Assembly (NCBI GenBank): GCA_051294905.1
Contig: CM119378.1
Location: 2,544,001 to 2,608,000 of the forward strand
Length of the DNA stretch: 64,000 nucleotides
Direction of reading: 5' to 3'
Source of the DNA: Botryllus schlosseri
Taxonomy: Eukaryota
The notes under the pieces were generated by a model. It was not told the origin of the DNA and did not search any database. It saw only the letters and a list, made by a program, of their open reading frames with translations. Position numbers and translations under genes: made by a program. Of this stretch, positions 14,026 to 25,484 are shown piece by piece. How positions within the stretch are numbered: position 1 is the stretch's first letter; each line of letters begins with the position of its first letter.

Positions 14026-14421
14026 TAGGGTTGCATTTAAAACAAACGGTGTTTTGAAATACAAAATTGTATTTTTTCAAGTTATAAAATTATGCTATAA
14101 TTGTGTAAATACTTTCCAAAAACATGTTGTATGAGCACACAGACAATCACTACCAAATTTAGCCGACGTGTATAGTTATGGGATGGTTAGAAGTGGAACC
14201 CTCGAAATAGTCGGTTCAACAGTTGTAGTACAGATATTTTGTCAAAGGGGCTACATTTACCCTATATTTTCGATGGTCAATTTCCATCCATTATGACGTC
14301 ACAATTGAATATTCATGATGTCATGGCTTAAAAGCAAAAAACAGTAAAAACATGTTTTAAATTAGGGCCTTGTTTTAAACAAGATTGTTTTAAATCGATT
14401 TTTGTTTTAAATGCAACCCTA
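14026..14421. mobile_element. MITE, family 'tagggttgcatttaaaac' (sister at 48872-50684)
   Basis: TIR tagggttgcatttaaaacaaa at both ends. Confidence 0.8.
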
Positions 14422-15783
14422 GTTTAAAGGGTGTGTGGTACTATCACTCAGAAATAAGCTCCCGAATGACTTAGTGATCGAATCACCAGTCCGATAGCCG
14501 TTTCTACACTTAACACAAATTGCTGTTTCTTTTTGACTGAGCACTATCTAAAAAAAACAAGCAAGGTAAATGAAACAGACCATAGTAAGTAAACAATAAC
14601 ATAATGAAGTTATACCGAAAAACGATAGCTCTACTTGCGCCCCCCCATCTTGCTCACTCTTACTCCCTGAAACAGATACATAATCATATTTTTATTTTCA
14701 TATATTCCTTTTGCATCTATATCCTGCTTTTCTGTTCATAATTCATTAGTTTATAGCCTTCTTTTCATATTTTTATGTTCATATTTTCCATAATTTGAAT
14801 TTTTACCCTTTGCCACGTTTTTGGTCATAACTTTTTTTCCCAAAGGTAAAAAAGTGACAAAACCTATCATTGAAAAGCTGGTAAAATTATCTTTCCAACA
14901 GTATATAATACGTCTTTATAAGAATTTTTTCTTGGTTGACCCATTTTTAGACCAAATTCTACAGGACTATCGTGTGACTCGCCATTTATCGCTAACAGAT
15001 TTTACACAAAACCGGTAGGCCTATTCATCTCTATTGATTTTAGCAATACTCGATACCTTGATCTGTCATGTACTTTTGCACGTTATGTCTTGATTTTAGT
15101 ATCGAACGCTGTGCAAAAAAAGTCTCAAGGTTGACACTCAATGACTATGGGAGTAATTTCGTTTTCGAGGGCAGAGTATGGTAGAGATGTATCGTGATCT
15201 GACACATAGAACCGCATTGTGGATTTCACGCAAAAGTCGGTGTTTGTCTGAGCTAATTTTGACTGTATTTCATACTGAGATAGGTGATAAGATGTTGGTC
15301 TCATGAAACAGTTTACTAAGATTCTCGGTTTGCATTCAAATATTTACTTTATTCTCCATTATATTCTCCATTGTCAATTTCACCGTGAAATTGTGGCCTT
15401 CAAGCCATTTGGGGCAGTGTCTCTAGTTCGACCGAAATTGGGTATCGTGATCTGAATCATGTGGTCTGCTGCAAACGGTGTCTCGATATTACCCGATAGT
15501 CGATATTGCCTGGCTCGAGTTGACTTGTTTATATTCCAAAACATCTTATTCCGAAGTAGTAACCACTAGTGAACTGTTAGAGACAACACTTTTTCATGGC
15601 CGACCACGAGATATTTGTGGCCGCAAGTGGCCACGAGAAAGCTGAGAACTCTACTGCAGAACTATGTCCGTTTTGTGTCCCAATACCAATAGACCTTATT
15701 GTTCAGTTGTGGAAAATTTATTCACAACAAAACTACAACTACCGACTTCACTCGCACCACGACGTCGTTTCGAATCCCGTTTC

Positions 15784-16918
15784 TCAAAAGATTTGTACTC
15801 TGTGGTTGCCACAGTCAGCGACCGCGATCCCTCCGTCTGACAAAACGCAAACTCCTTGCGGCCTCTTCAACTGTCCCGGTTCAGATCCCTCGCTGCCGAA
15901 ACAAGACACGAAGGACCCGTCCCTCGTGAAAATCTGAACCCGGTGGTTGCCATCGTCGCAAACGATTATGTTACCGTGATCATCTGTGGCGACACCTCGC
16001 GGATCCTTGAACTGATACTTGTCCGTTCCTTCCGTTCCAAACCGGAGAAGACGGCGCTTACCGTATGAGTCGAAAACATGAACTCTGTGATTGCAGTCAC
16101 TGACGACCACCTGCGAAAATGTGAACGATTGCGAGAGTCCACAACGAACCGACGACTCACGTACTCTGCCGTCTGAAGTCACGGAAAGATAATACGGTGT
16201 GTCCAAACCGCGATTTTTCAAACCGAACCACCGAACGAACTTTCCCTCCTCCGAAAAAACTTGAACTCGGTGATTTCTTGCGTCACAAACGAAAATCAAT
16301 CCCTTGTCGTCCGTCGCTACTCCGCGAGGACCGTCCAGTTCTCCATCTCCTGAACAAAAACTGACGTCACTATAGCCTACCACTGTCACATCACCCACAC
16401 AACGTCACCTGATCCTTTGCCACCGAACTTGCGAACGAACTTTCCCTGTTCGTCGAATATTTGGATTCGGTGATTTCCAAAGTCCGAGGTGACAATTTGT
16501 CCATGTGACGTCACACACACGTCACCCACAAAATTGAATTGTCCTTCTGACATTCCGTAGCTCCCGATGATTCCCATGACTTGTCCGTTCGCGTCGAAGA
16601 TCTGGAAACACGAATGTTGCAGCCGTAGGAAACTTGTGAAGCAAACCAACGAACCTGAATCCGATGGTTGCCGTGGTCTGCGACCACGATGTCGTCAGAG
16701 GACGTTGAGCAAATGCCACATGGACTATTCATCTGCCCTGCGCCGATGCCGTACGTCCCGAAATATCTAAGAATAGATTTCGACGTTTCGATTTCAGGCT
16801 TTATGACGAAACTAAAACCCATTCACTTTTCCACTCACTTTGTCACTCGTCCTTTGTTTAGATATCGCTGGAAGACTTCGTTTCGACGCCACGGCAAGGC
16901 CGATGAAATGAGTTCCAT
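15784..16918 (-). CDS. Stand-alone NHL-repeat six-bladed beta-propeller protein (~298 aa), copy A
   Basis: Exons 16918-16839, 16766-16655, 16601-16409, 16349-16165, 16110-15784 with GT-AG introns of 72, 53, 59 and 54 nt, joining in frame. Six NHL repeats (xxPxG...V(A/C/S)D..NHR(I/V)(Q/H)(I/V)F). AATAAA at 15722-15717. No RING or B-box. Confidence 0.9.
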
Positions 16919-17047
16919 ATCTACAAATGTTTAATTCTTGATATATTTTTCTTCATGGCGGCAGGAAATATGTGGAGGTAATACGTAATACCTCTGGTGC
17001 ACAATGGACATCCACCATGGCCTATAGAGTCCGGTTTTAAAGCGACA

Positions 17048-17659
17048 TCAATGTTTCCTACTTTTATGATCCTCCCTGAGGTGATTTTCCCCTGAAGTGT
17101 CCGTCCATATCTCGTTATCCTTGACGTTTCTTAGAGATCCATACTTATCCACGAGTATATTCGAGCCGTTATGTACTTGAAAGTTGGCATGGGGGATGTC
17201 TGACCCGATTTGTATTGTTACGAAGACCTTTCCATCTTCTTTTCCTGACTCTGCAAATCCGAGATGGCGACCAGGCTTTATGGTCGTAAATCCAGGATCA
17301 TGCACCACATACTTTCTCTTTTGACCTGATCACAAAAATCGTGGAAGTAGGATTTAAATGCCAATGTCTGGTAAAATCGGAATACATTGTATGTGGATGA
17401 TTGCGAAATTCTAGATACTTACGATTCTTGTACGATGCTTCTATTTTAGCTTCACTCATGCCGACCGTCCCTTTGGCTGCTGTTTCTTCCTCACTTATTT
17501 CAATCCTATTAGCTTTTACACATACACGGATATCTTCGTGGTAGCCATTAGCAACAATTGTCGTGTGCTTGCTTTTTTCCTGGCCTGCGGTGAACAAAAT
17601 CAAATAATAAAGAGGGTTACTATCACCAATACTGAAATATAAAATGTAGACTCACCCAT
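17048..17659 (-). CDS. 147-aa protein of unknown function with N-myristoylation consensus, copy A
   Basis: Exons 17659-17656 (ATG G), 17584-17423, 17325-17048 with GT-AG introns of 71 and 97 nt. Spliced product MGQEKSKHTTIVANGY...IWTDTSGENHLREDHKSRKH*. Same structure and open frame in copy B. Confidence 0.8.
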
Positions 17660-17796
17660 GTTAAATATTGCTGAAAAAAACTTTTGTTTTCAAGTAATTT
17701 TGAACAATTAAAATAGGGACCGCATCCGTAGGTCTATAGAGAGCGCTAAACAGAAGATAAACAATCATACTTATTGCTTGTGTTGACTTGCGTAAA

Positions 17797-18185
17797 GGGA
17801 TGGTGTGAACGTGAGGTTCACGTTAGCGTTTCGTGAGTGAAACTAGGAAGTTTGAAGGATCGCGTTCACAAACGAACCTTGGTTATAGGTTCTAGCCATT
17901 ACAAGCTTTCACGTCTTTACAGCGTCTTTGGTGGAATTTCTTTGCCCTTCAACTACGGACCACTCTCCTCATGGCGCTGGCAGCGTGAAAATAAATTCAG
18001 CAACTAAACGAGCATGCACCTTGCCAATTTCAAAAATTATTTACTCGAAAATTTGCTCGGAATTCTCAGCTTTCTGTTTGTGAATCCTTGGTGACTCTCT
18101 GCTGTGAGCTTAGCCCGCATCCCACAAAATACGAAAACGAAATACGTAGGAAGTCAGCGACTTGCGATTAGTCAATCAATCAATT
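17797..18185 (-). mobile_element. Partial 'gggatggtgtgaac' MITE directly upstream of the gene pair (paralog ~60430-60815)
   Basis: Terminal sequence gggatggtgtgaacgtgaggttcacg and internal homology to full copies. Confidence 0.8.
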
Positions 18186-18621
18186 ACACTGGTCTACACG
18201 AGTTTGGCGTAAGGATTTCTTTTGCTCAATATTACCGAATTTAGGGGCGCTGAATTTCGCGTAATTTATCGTAATATCACGTCACGTTTTTTGAGGAAAT
18301 ATATTAAACGATTATTACTACTTTTTCTAGGTAGCCTACTCAAGTACATTTTGCCTACTTGCACTTCTTACTGAAATGTTTACACTCTAATTCCACTTCT
18401 ACCTGAGCAGTCCGAACAGTATTTTTGATAAACTATTTTATTTTGCAATTTGAATTTTGAAAAGTAGAAAGTAGTTCAGGGAAGAGATTGCACCACTCGT
18501 ATCAATTAAATTACATTGGTCAACACAATTTTTTTTTACTTTGATCAGACAAGTTATTTTGACTGACGTTGATCAGACAAGCATCCTATAACAAAAAATG
18601 GGTGGAAGCATCGCCCTAGAT

Positions 18622-20801
18622 CAGGGGTGTCACACATACGGCCCGCGGGCCGCATCCGGCCCGCCAGACCATTTCATCCGGCCCTGGAGGCCATTCTGAG
18701 AATATTGTAAAATTATCGCATTATCCATCAGATTTATAACAGAAGGTGAGATTTTCAGTAATAAAAATACTTCGACGTAAAGAATAAAATCCATTAGGAC
18801 AGCAAATGTCGAGCGTGCTCATAGGTCACATTATAACCGTCTGTTTGTAGTTTTAAGTTCACAGTCAAGTAACCATTAGGAATAAGACGTTGACACTATA
18901 TTAGAACATTAGCACATACTAAGTTCATTCAGAGTTTACTGAGAAACTGAACCAAATATTAGTTATTGACAGAGGTGTAAAGCCTTTACTTGTAAAATAT
19001 ATGCAGAACATCATAGCTACACAAATAATTGAATATAAATATCTTTGGTCGCTATGCTATTTTACCTTACTCCGACCCAAAACACACCAGCCTCCAGAAA
19101 ATTTAGATTAGTGAATTGGCGATAAAAATATATTGAACAAAATTCTAATTTATAATCTCCTGTATTCCTCACTACGAATATGCATGGCCAATGTGGCATC
19201 TCGACTAAAACAACCGAAGCATTGTAATATTCCAATGTATATTCTCGTCTGAGTCACTGTTTTAGTGGCTTATAACCAGAGGTGGTCAAAGTAGTCAAGA
19301 AAGCTACTCAAGTAGAAGTAGAAGTAGTGACGAAAAAATCTACTCAAGTACGAGTAGAAGTACTTCTTCCATAAGCCACCTAAAACTAATTGAAGTAGAA
19401 GTAGAATTGAGTGACTTAAAATCTACTCATAAGTAGTTTTGAAAACAGTCTTAATTCGTTCGCATGGACTGTCAAAAGCTGCAAATTGAGCTATGCGGAA
19501 GGTGCAGAGAGCGTGATTCGTATTGATGCATACCAAGAGGTATCAATTTTCGACAGAATAAGCATTCTTTCGCATCATGGGATGCAAATTATAGTATTGA
19601 TATAAAAATGCGATACTGACCCTTTGTTTACTAGAAGACCCCTTTTTTGAGAAAATCATGGCATGGCGCCCTACCCCATATTATAAGGCCCCAAGTTTAG
19701 GCGAAGAGAAATACGGAGAAGTTGTATCGGATACGGTTTCAACACTTTGCCTGATTAGTATACGTTAAAAACAAATATTGTGGATTGTAAAAGTAATATT
19801 TAGTGTAACTTCATTTTCGGAAAATACTACGCTTGTTTTTATGGTTCAACATGTATGTTCTGCAGTCAAAAAAACTGAAAGTATTCAGAACTCTAAGTAT
19901 GATACTCGGAATTGAAATACAAAGACCACTTCTAAAAAGCGGAAAATATATTTCATGCCTTTTGTCCATAAAGCTTCAAAGGTGATCTGCTAAAACGGGT
20001 GTAACGTTTAAAGAAGCCGGATTTTCCAGATTAGCAGGACACGTCATGGGCTGCTAATTACGAAATGATAGGGAATTGCTAGATTGTGAAACGGTATAAT
20101 TTCAAAGGTTATGGAGGCCATATTTACTGTGATGAACTATTTGATATGGGTGACAATACGATGAGAGCGGAACCAAGCAATCCGGTACCTAAATTATATT
20201 CACTGATACTTTCGTACAAACAGATTTGTAACCCCATAACTGCTGTGCGCGAAGCGCAAAACAATTTCCGGGCTTTACTTGACTTTTATGAATAATAAAT
20301 GTTCGCAATCCGTGAAAACAGCCCCGAAATCCCTCAGGCTATCTTTCGTATTGGGGAATTAAACTACTTTTACTTGACAAACTGAAAATAGCGAAAAGTA
20401 AGTAAGTAGATCGCAAAGCATTATGAAGTAGAAGAAGAAGTAGAGAAAAACAGATCTACTTCAGTAATTACCAGAAGTAGAGGAGAACTACTTGAGTACT
20501 TCCAAAAAGTAGAAGTACTTCGTTACTGACCACCACTGTATTCAATCGGCCAATTACCGTATTTTTGTCAATTCCATTGTTTGCGATTAACGGTGTTGCT
20601 CGAATAGAGTCCTCGGCCCACATGATCCATGATATAATGAAGAATACAATTTTGCATAGTGTTGATAATAATAAAGCATTCCAGTTAGAAACAAATATAT
20701 AGATTTCGAGGTAAATAATGGAATTATTCGACTAGTCCGGCCCGCGAGCGATTGGAACTCTTGAATCCGGCCCGCGACCCAAGTTGAGTTTGACACCCTT
20801 G
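18622..20801. mobile_element. Charlie-like hAT MITE, containing nested element 19277-20538
   Basis: Ends caggggtgtcacac / gtttgacacccttg with cggccc subterminal motifs. TSD ccctagat. Empty site in copy B at 61244-61251. Confidence 0.9.
19277..20538. mobile_element. hAT MITE, tactcaagta family
   Basis: Ends cagaggtggtca / tgaccaccactg. Inverted homolog of 10417-11671. TSD not preserved. Confidence 0.85.
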
Positions 20802-20921
20802 CCCTAGATCGATACCAGTACCTATACTCTTAATAATTCAATTTAGCGCTTGACTATAAAACTTATTATTTATGGTAAGGTGTGGATTTTTATATGGTAT
20901 GAAAAAGTAATATGGCTAAAT

Positions 20922-22464
20922 CAGTGGTTCCGAACCGGGGAGGAATTCCCCCTTTGGGGGGAATTTTGCAATTTTTAGGGAGGAATTCCACTTTAGAATT
21001 GTAACGGATTTCACAAATTGTTCCTGTTCGAACTGTCATGTAGTCAACCAGTTATATCCGAACGTATGCTCCTTATGGCTGTTTTTTTGCTGAAAGTATC
21101 TTCAAATGCTATTTGAAATCTCTTTTCCACATATAAATTCCCTCTTGCTTTTTTTAAAGCATGTTCAGATGTGCTGCAGTTGGCAAGACAATTTTTTAGG
21201 CCAGCGACGGCCTCTCAATCAAATATATCCTAAGCGAGCAAATGTCGTGCCGAATCTATCACAAGGACTCTAGTTTAAGTATTTATCTTATATTTTCAGG
21301 TCAACATTTTCAGACAGTGACAAAATATTCCAATGTCATCGATTCAAGTCAAAGAGATCGCTAGCCTTGCTTTATTTTTAGTGAACAGCTACCCGATCGA
21401 AAAAAGACATGTTTAACTTGGTGCAACGTTGCCGAAACGTAATGGGTGTCCTAAGTTTCAATGAGCTCCAGCAGGAAATCTCATCACGTGTATGTTATAT
21501 ATCAGAGCTGTAACCAAGTGACGAGGCTTCGAGTCACAAGTCAATCTCCCTTTCATAGTTTTGACTCGAGTCAACTCGAGTCATTTTCTATTTACCATTA
21601 AGTCAAATTCGAGTCCAAGTCACCGAGCAGAGGGGTCGATTTTGAGTCATGGTAATGGTATTATGACTCGAGTCCGAGTCCAAGTCATTGTGTTGACTGC
21701 TCAGTTTCCAATTGAAGTCTTGTTAAACTCACTTTGTATAACTCTGTTTGGTGATATTGAATGATTTGGGTTTATAATATACTAATTTTCCTCACTTTGA
21801 GCCGTTTCTTGTCGCATTTTCAAGTACCAGGACAAATAGACGAAATTCCAATAGGGTGGGCACTTTACTGTTCTTCGAAATTACAATGAAATGTCAGTTT
21901 CGACCGTCTTTAGTCTCGAGTCATATGGCTTGGTTCGAGTTATGCGCAATGACTCGAGTCCAAGTCGGGTCATAACACAGAATGTCTCGAGTCGAGTCGT
22001 TTCCGTATTTTGAGAAAATGACTCGAGTCATCAAAAAATGGTGACTCGAATCAGACTCGAGTCTGGTCAACCCTGCTATATATTAAAGTACCAATATTAT
22101 TGGCCAAATGCATACGCAAACTTGGGAAAAAAATCACGAGACCAGTAAATTTATGCATACTGATTTTTCACAGCAGGTATATTAGCGATTGGTGCATGGT
22201 AAGCCGAAAACACAAATGGAAGTGTGGGGGTCTGTTGAGTCAAGCCTTCCAGAATTTGTTTGATTGGGACCAAAGTTACAAAGTGCTGTTACAGCCCTGC
22301 TAGAAACAAACACACGGTACCGCCCGTCTTGTTCTCTCAGTCAACGGGTGTTTTCGTGGTAAAATTACCTTTTTTAATCATCGGGCAGATTTCTCCTAAG
22401 TGGGGAATTTTGGCCTAAATTTCGGCCAAGGGAGGCATGAGATGAAAAAGGTTGGGAACCACTG
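20922..22464. mobile_element. hAT MITE, containing nested element 21503-22075
   Basis: Ends cagtggttccgaacc / ggttgggaaccactg. TSD ggctaaat. Empty site in copy B at 61356-61363. Confidence 0.9.
21503..22075. mobile_element. hAT MITE with gactcgagtc arrays
   Basis: Inverted homolog of 59038-59621. TSD ttatatat/ctatatat. Confidence 0.85.
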
Positions 22465-22797
22465 GGCTAAATCCTTGAAAATTTGGATATTTTGGGCATA
22501 TGTCGTAGAGCAAAAGCTTGACGTGATAGAAGAAAACCAGCGGCATATTGGGAATTAGCACGCTAAAATTAGCTTAAATCAAGTTCAAAATCAAAGCCAA
22601 CAAATTTTTCGTTCAAATTGATTGCCTAGTCCCAAAAGCACTATAACTGAATATATTTTCGAAGATTGCAGTTCGGTTTATTAGCAATTTTATCAGTTCG
22701 CTGGTTGTCGAGACATACAGCCTGCACACGACTCTTACAGCGGAAATCGGTATAAGTTTTCGGGCGTTTTGCCCGCAAACCACATCTGATCATATGC

Positions 22798-23144
22798 TAG
22801 GCTTACCATATTTTGGAAATCTAAAAAGAGGACGCTTTTTCAGAAATTTGAGACTTGCAAAATCGGAGAAGAATTCCCAAAAACCTGTGAATTTTTCCCA
22901 CTTTGTTATCGGTTGACTAAAAAAAGGGTCATCTTTTCGCTCAGAGCTAAAATCACCGTTTTTCACTCCGAAATACCCGCCGGAGCGTCACTTCTGTGCT
23001 ACTTTACGGCATATCACTCGCACTTTGCTCTAAATCTGACCTTACTTTTCAAAAAAGAGGACAAAAGGGCGTCCTCCGAGGACACTTTCAAAAAAGTCAA
23101 AAAAGAGGACAAATCCTATTAAAAGAGGACGTATGGTAACCCTA
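22798..23144. mobile_element. Short hAT MITE, 'tagggttaccata...aaaagaggac' family (also 29004-29231, 50958-51295)
   Basis: TIR-like ends. TSD tcatatgc/tcatatac. Empty site in copy B near 62150. Confidence 0.85.
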
Positions 23145-23789
23145 TCATATACACAATTTCGCCTCGCAATACGGCTGCATCAGTGCTTTGGTAACCTTGT
23201 ATTTGGTGATAGTTTTTCATTCCAATGGCATGCATGATACAGTTGTGACCAGAATATTATGCATTTTAGAAGAAAATATTGGCAAGATAATGTTCCCCAT
23301 CGAACCCTTATATGATTTCTATAATTTCTTTTCGTCAGTACCTCCACAAAAACTACCACAATATACCCCACTGCCAGAATTAATCGCGCGGGGATAATTT
23401 TAGTCATCTTAAGAAAAGGAATCACATTCAGCTCTCGTCCGAGATTTCAATATGTGCGAAACAGCAGCACGCATCCGTGTGATGAACATACGTAAAGAAT
23501 TTCATATCTGCCATTTTTTAATTTACTCATGACATGGTATGCGTTCTTTGCGTTATCGTCGACAACATCATCAGCAACATCAACAGCAGTGCAAGCTATG
23601 TATGATCGTGGAAGTTGTTTCGTCATTATACCAGAGTTGCCAAGATTTCCACAGCAGACTTGGACTAGAAAATTGTCAGCTTTTCTAAATTAGATTAGAA
23701 TTAGAATTAGAATTTATGAATTCGCAAAAAGTGGAAAATTGAATGAAATTGTGAATTATAAATAAATACAGCGCAAATCAAGCTCAGTT

Positions 23790-24260
23790 CATATCAAATC
23801 ACAGTGAAATCTCATAAACGCACGTCAAAGAAGATATACCATATGATCAGGACTGAATACAAGAAAACGCATTGCTCTGTCAAGTATGCCGGACCCCAAT
23901 TGTGGAACAGCATCTCGCCGGCTATCCGACAGTCGTCGAGCACGTCCGCATTCAAGTCGAAATACAAGCAATTTCTTCTAAATGTATACTAGCCAGTCTT
24001 CGGGATTACCGGACCACGACCTAACATCGACCTCGCCCTCCGCCACATGCCACCTCGTTTTGTCGCCTGCGTCTTATATTCTCTGCATTACTTTTCATTC
24101 AGCGTGCATGCCTCTTATTTACTTCGCCTAGGCTAAAGTGGGTGTCTGATCTTAAAGGCTACTCCAAGTTGTTTCGACACCTTCCTATCTTTTCGTTGTA
24201 TCGCAGTCTCGTGATGTTTTGAAACGATGAAAATAATAATAAACCTGATTGATTGATTGA
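23790..24260 (+). mobile_element. CR1/L2-group LINE 3' end (paralog 63830-64000)
   Basis: SVKYAGPQLWNSISPAIRQSSSTSAFKSKYKQFLL*, a typical ORF2 C-terminus, followed by an aataaa and (attg)n tail. Confidence 0.85.
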
Positions 24261-24347
24261 AAGCATCAGAATGATTTACGTCTGTAAATCAAGCTGTTCT
24301 CTTTTTGCACTATACCAGGGGTCACCAACACGCGGACCACATGCGGC

Positions 24348-25339
24348 TAGGGATGGTGTGAACCTCTGAAAGGTTCAGGTTCGTGTGAACGCGAACCTAT
24401 TTGAAAGGTTCTGTGTGAACACGAACGTGAACCTCGTGACGTCACGTGACGTCATATTGCTAATTCCAACCCTTTCTTTCAATGACGTGATAGCCTAAAA
24501 TGCCCTATATCAATGTACACGATACCTAGCGAAGATTCGGCCCACATAATGCCACAATGCTGAAGTACATATCGGCGTTTTGAACGTCGCTAAATGTATC
24601 AACCGCGGTAATCAAAGGATATAATAATTGCATAAAATCAGTACATTTCATCGCTTTGCCAACAATTTCGACGAGGACTTACCAAGGAATATAAGCTTAC
24701 GCCTTAACGGTCTTAGCCAGACCGGACAATGTGTTCGGAGTCTGAGTATTGCTACATTGATATTGAGCAGAGTGTACAACGGGTTTCTATACTCGCTACC
24801 GATACCACAAACAACAAGTTATGCAGCAGTAGCACGCACCTTAATCGCGCGGATTTGGTTTTAATGATACAGTAAAGAAATGAAGTCAAGATTGACCCAG
24901 TACGACCGTTCGATTTTTTACATCAGAAAACGATCATATCAATGTCATTGATTGGTTGACTAAGCATCATTCGCTGACTACGTATATCGATTGCGGGTCA
25001 GGCTCACAGCAGAGAGTCACTAAATATTCACAAACGGAAAGCTGGATATTCCGAGAAAATTTTTGCAACAAAGCAAGTAAAACTTTTAAGGTTGTCGAGG
25101 TGCATGGTGCATGCTCGTTTGGTGTTGATTTTTTATGCTGCCAGCACCACGCATGGAGTGGCCCGCAGTTGAAATGCAATAAATTTGAGCCAAAGATCTT
25201 ATAATGGAGTGAAAATTACAATTTACCAAAAGGTTCACAGTGCAGAACCTACCAAGGTTCTGTTGTGAACGCGAACCTCTAAATTTCCGAGGTTCACACA
25301 CAGAACGCGAACGTGAACCTCACGTTCACACCATCCCTA
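24348..25339 (+). mobile_element. Full-length ~1-kb 'tagggatggtgtgaac' hAT MITE
   Basis: TIR tagggatggtgtgaac, gtgaac subterminal arrays, perfect TSD catgcggc. Confidence 0.93.
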
Positions 25340-25484
25340 CATGCGGCCAACGATCTGATTTGTGATTTTGGAAAAACGCGACGCCTTGACGTAAAATGGG
25401 CCAGACACTGCCAAGACCGAGACGCTTAGAAAACGGCCGAGGGCTTTCCGACAAGATCAATCTTTAGGATAAGAAAATGATTTA

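Larger units (their letters stand above)
9262..14969. mobile_element. 5.7-kb DNA transposon derivative with long imperfect TIRs (Academ-like by termini and TSD)
   Basis: 16-bp terminal IR tagtcctgtagaattt extended by ~150 bp of imperfect IR. 3-bp TSD tcg. Empty site in copy B near 57006. Superfamily assignment is inferred. Confidence 0.75.
3240..23970 (+). repeat. Segmental duplication copy A (paralog of ~54510 to >64000)
   Basis: Collinear high-similarity blocks, e.g. 3250-5500 vs 54520-56740, 8990-9260 vs 56743-57010, 14970-18620 vs 57010-61250, 22470-23970 vs 61360-64000. The length difference is largely copy-specific insertions. Confidence 0.95.

Noticed and set aside
15596..16068. Plus-strand ORFs overlapping the NHL gene
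   Set aside because: Antisense shadows. The 15596 frame is cut short by a stop in copy B (57779).
16812..16838. 27-nt first NHL intron using an earlier in-frame AG
   Set aside because: Unusually short. The 72-nt intron gives a better NHL lead-in and its 3' part diverges like an intron. RNA data are needed to exclude it.
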